From Opitutales bacterium (GTDB lineage Bacteria > Verrucomicrobiota > Verrucomicrobiia > Opitutales > PNEW01): a stretch of DNA of 64,000 nt. The notes under the pieces are model-generated. The model saw only the letters and a program-made list of their open reading frames with translations, was not told the origin of the DNA and made no database searches. Positions 63,541-64,000 of the stretch are shown here, piece after piece. The stretch is from NCBI GenBank assembly GCA_965197745.1, contig CBDANS010000007.1, positions 480,001 through 544,000 on the forward strand, in the 5' to 3' direction. Numbering within the stretch: position 1 is the stretch's first letter; every line of letters begins with the position of its first letter. The translations under genes were made by a program, and so were the position numbers.

Positions 63541-64000
63541 TTATTTCATCTTGCCGGGGAAATTGCCATTGGAGCCAGGAATACCCGGTATTTCAAATTT
63601 CTTATATTCCGGCGGCGCTTTAAATAGTGAGTCGGGCAGTGCTTTTTCCTCGATAGATTCCGCAGTCATTTGAAAGTCCGGCACACCAGCAGAGGATATT
63701 TGGATTACTTTCAATGGAAATATTGCTTCTTCTGTCATCAAAGATTCCTATGCCTGTGCCGAGGATGAATTTTTGCTTCCTGTTTTATCGAAAGGGAAAA
63801 AAGACCCCAGCTCCGTGGTGGCCCAGATTTCAGCTCTGCTACCCTCATCATTTTCTACAATATATTGATCGCAGCTATAACCGAGGATTTCCATTGTTTT
63901 CCCTGTCTTTTTAACATTTGTGGCATCCTTTGAATTTACCTCATTTGAGGTTTCACCTTGAATACTGTCTAAGGAAACTTCCATGTACATTTGCATTTCT
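63541..64000 (-). pseudogene. DUF4412-like protein with in-frame TAG (5' end off window)
   Basis: KKTGKTMEILGYSCDQY..EIWAT.ELG...AQA*ESLMTEEAIFPLKV...LPDSLFKAPPEYKK; both track ORFs are in one frame, separated only by TAG at 63748-63750. Confidence 0.7.

Noticed and set aside
21757..63750. Amber (TAG) recoding or pyrrolysine suggested by two in-frame TAGs
   Set aside because: TAG ends apparently full-length genes here (GNAT 12547, TauD 36605, sdhB 57490, methyltransferase 60742), no pyl genes or suppressor tRNA are visible, and single substitutions explain both cases.

Overview
Bacterial chromosomal window. I infer Verrucomicrobiota/Opitutia from the style of sdhCAB and argH and from a recalled Opitutus-like C-terminal domain; this is not proven. 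About 1-40.4 kb is an accessory catabolic region with no recognisable transcription factor. It holds five sodium:solute symporters (one fused to a Kelch propeller), three related beta-propeller hydrolase-like genes (two in tandem), GH51-, BNR/sialidase- and DUF2961-like enzymes, PhyH and TauD dioxygenases, an amidohydrolase, a Gfo/Idh/MocA oxidoreductase, EamA and TauE transporters, tRNA-Ser(GCT), and two paralogous ~740-aa secreted modular proteins. Embedded in it are a REP-flanked GIY-YIG pseudogene and a 24-bp duplication of the tRNA 3' end. There is also a ~5.6-kb integrase-less island bounded by a duplicated symporter 3' end. The island carries an amber-broken ankyrin gene and a ~1060-aa repeat-protein gene broken by a poly-A frameshift and an IS1595 element. 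Intergenic DNA is built from nested REP palindromes and 7/8-bp periodic arrays, and TTnGAC arrays sit just upstream of several genes. About 40.4-64 kb is more core-like: REC-only regulator, esterase, Gld-like ABC system, lhgO-Ldh_2-TRAP operon, sdhCAB, vapBC, methyltransferase, two exbD, argH and an amber-interrupted DUF4412-like gene. All family calls come from motif recognition by eye, not database searches.
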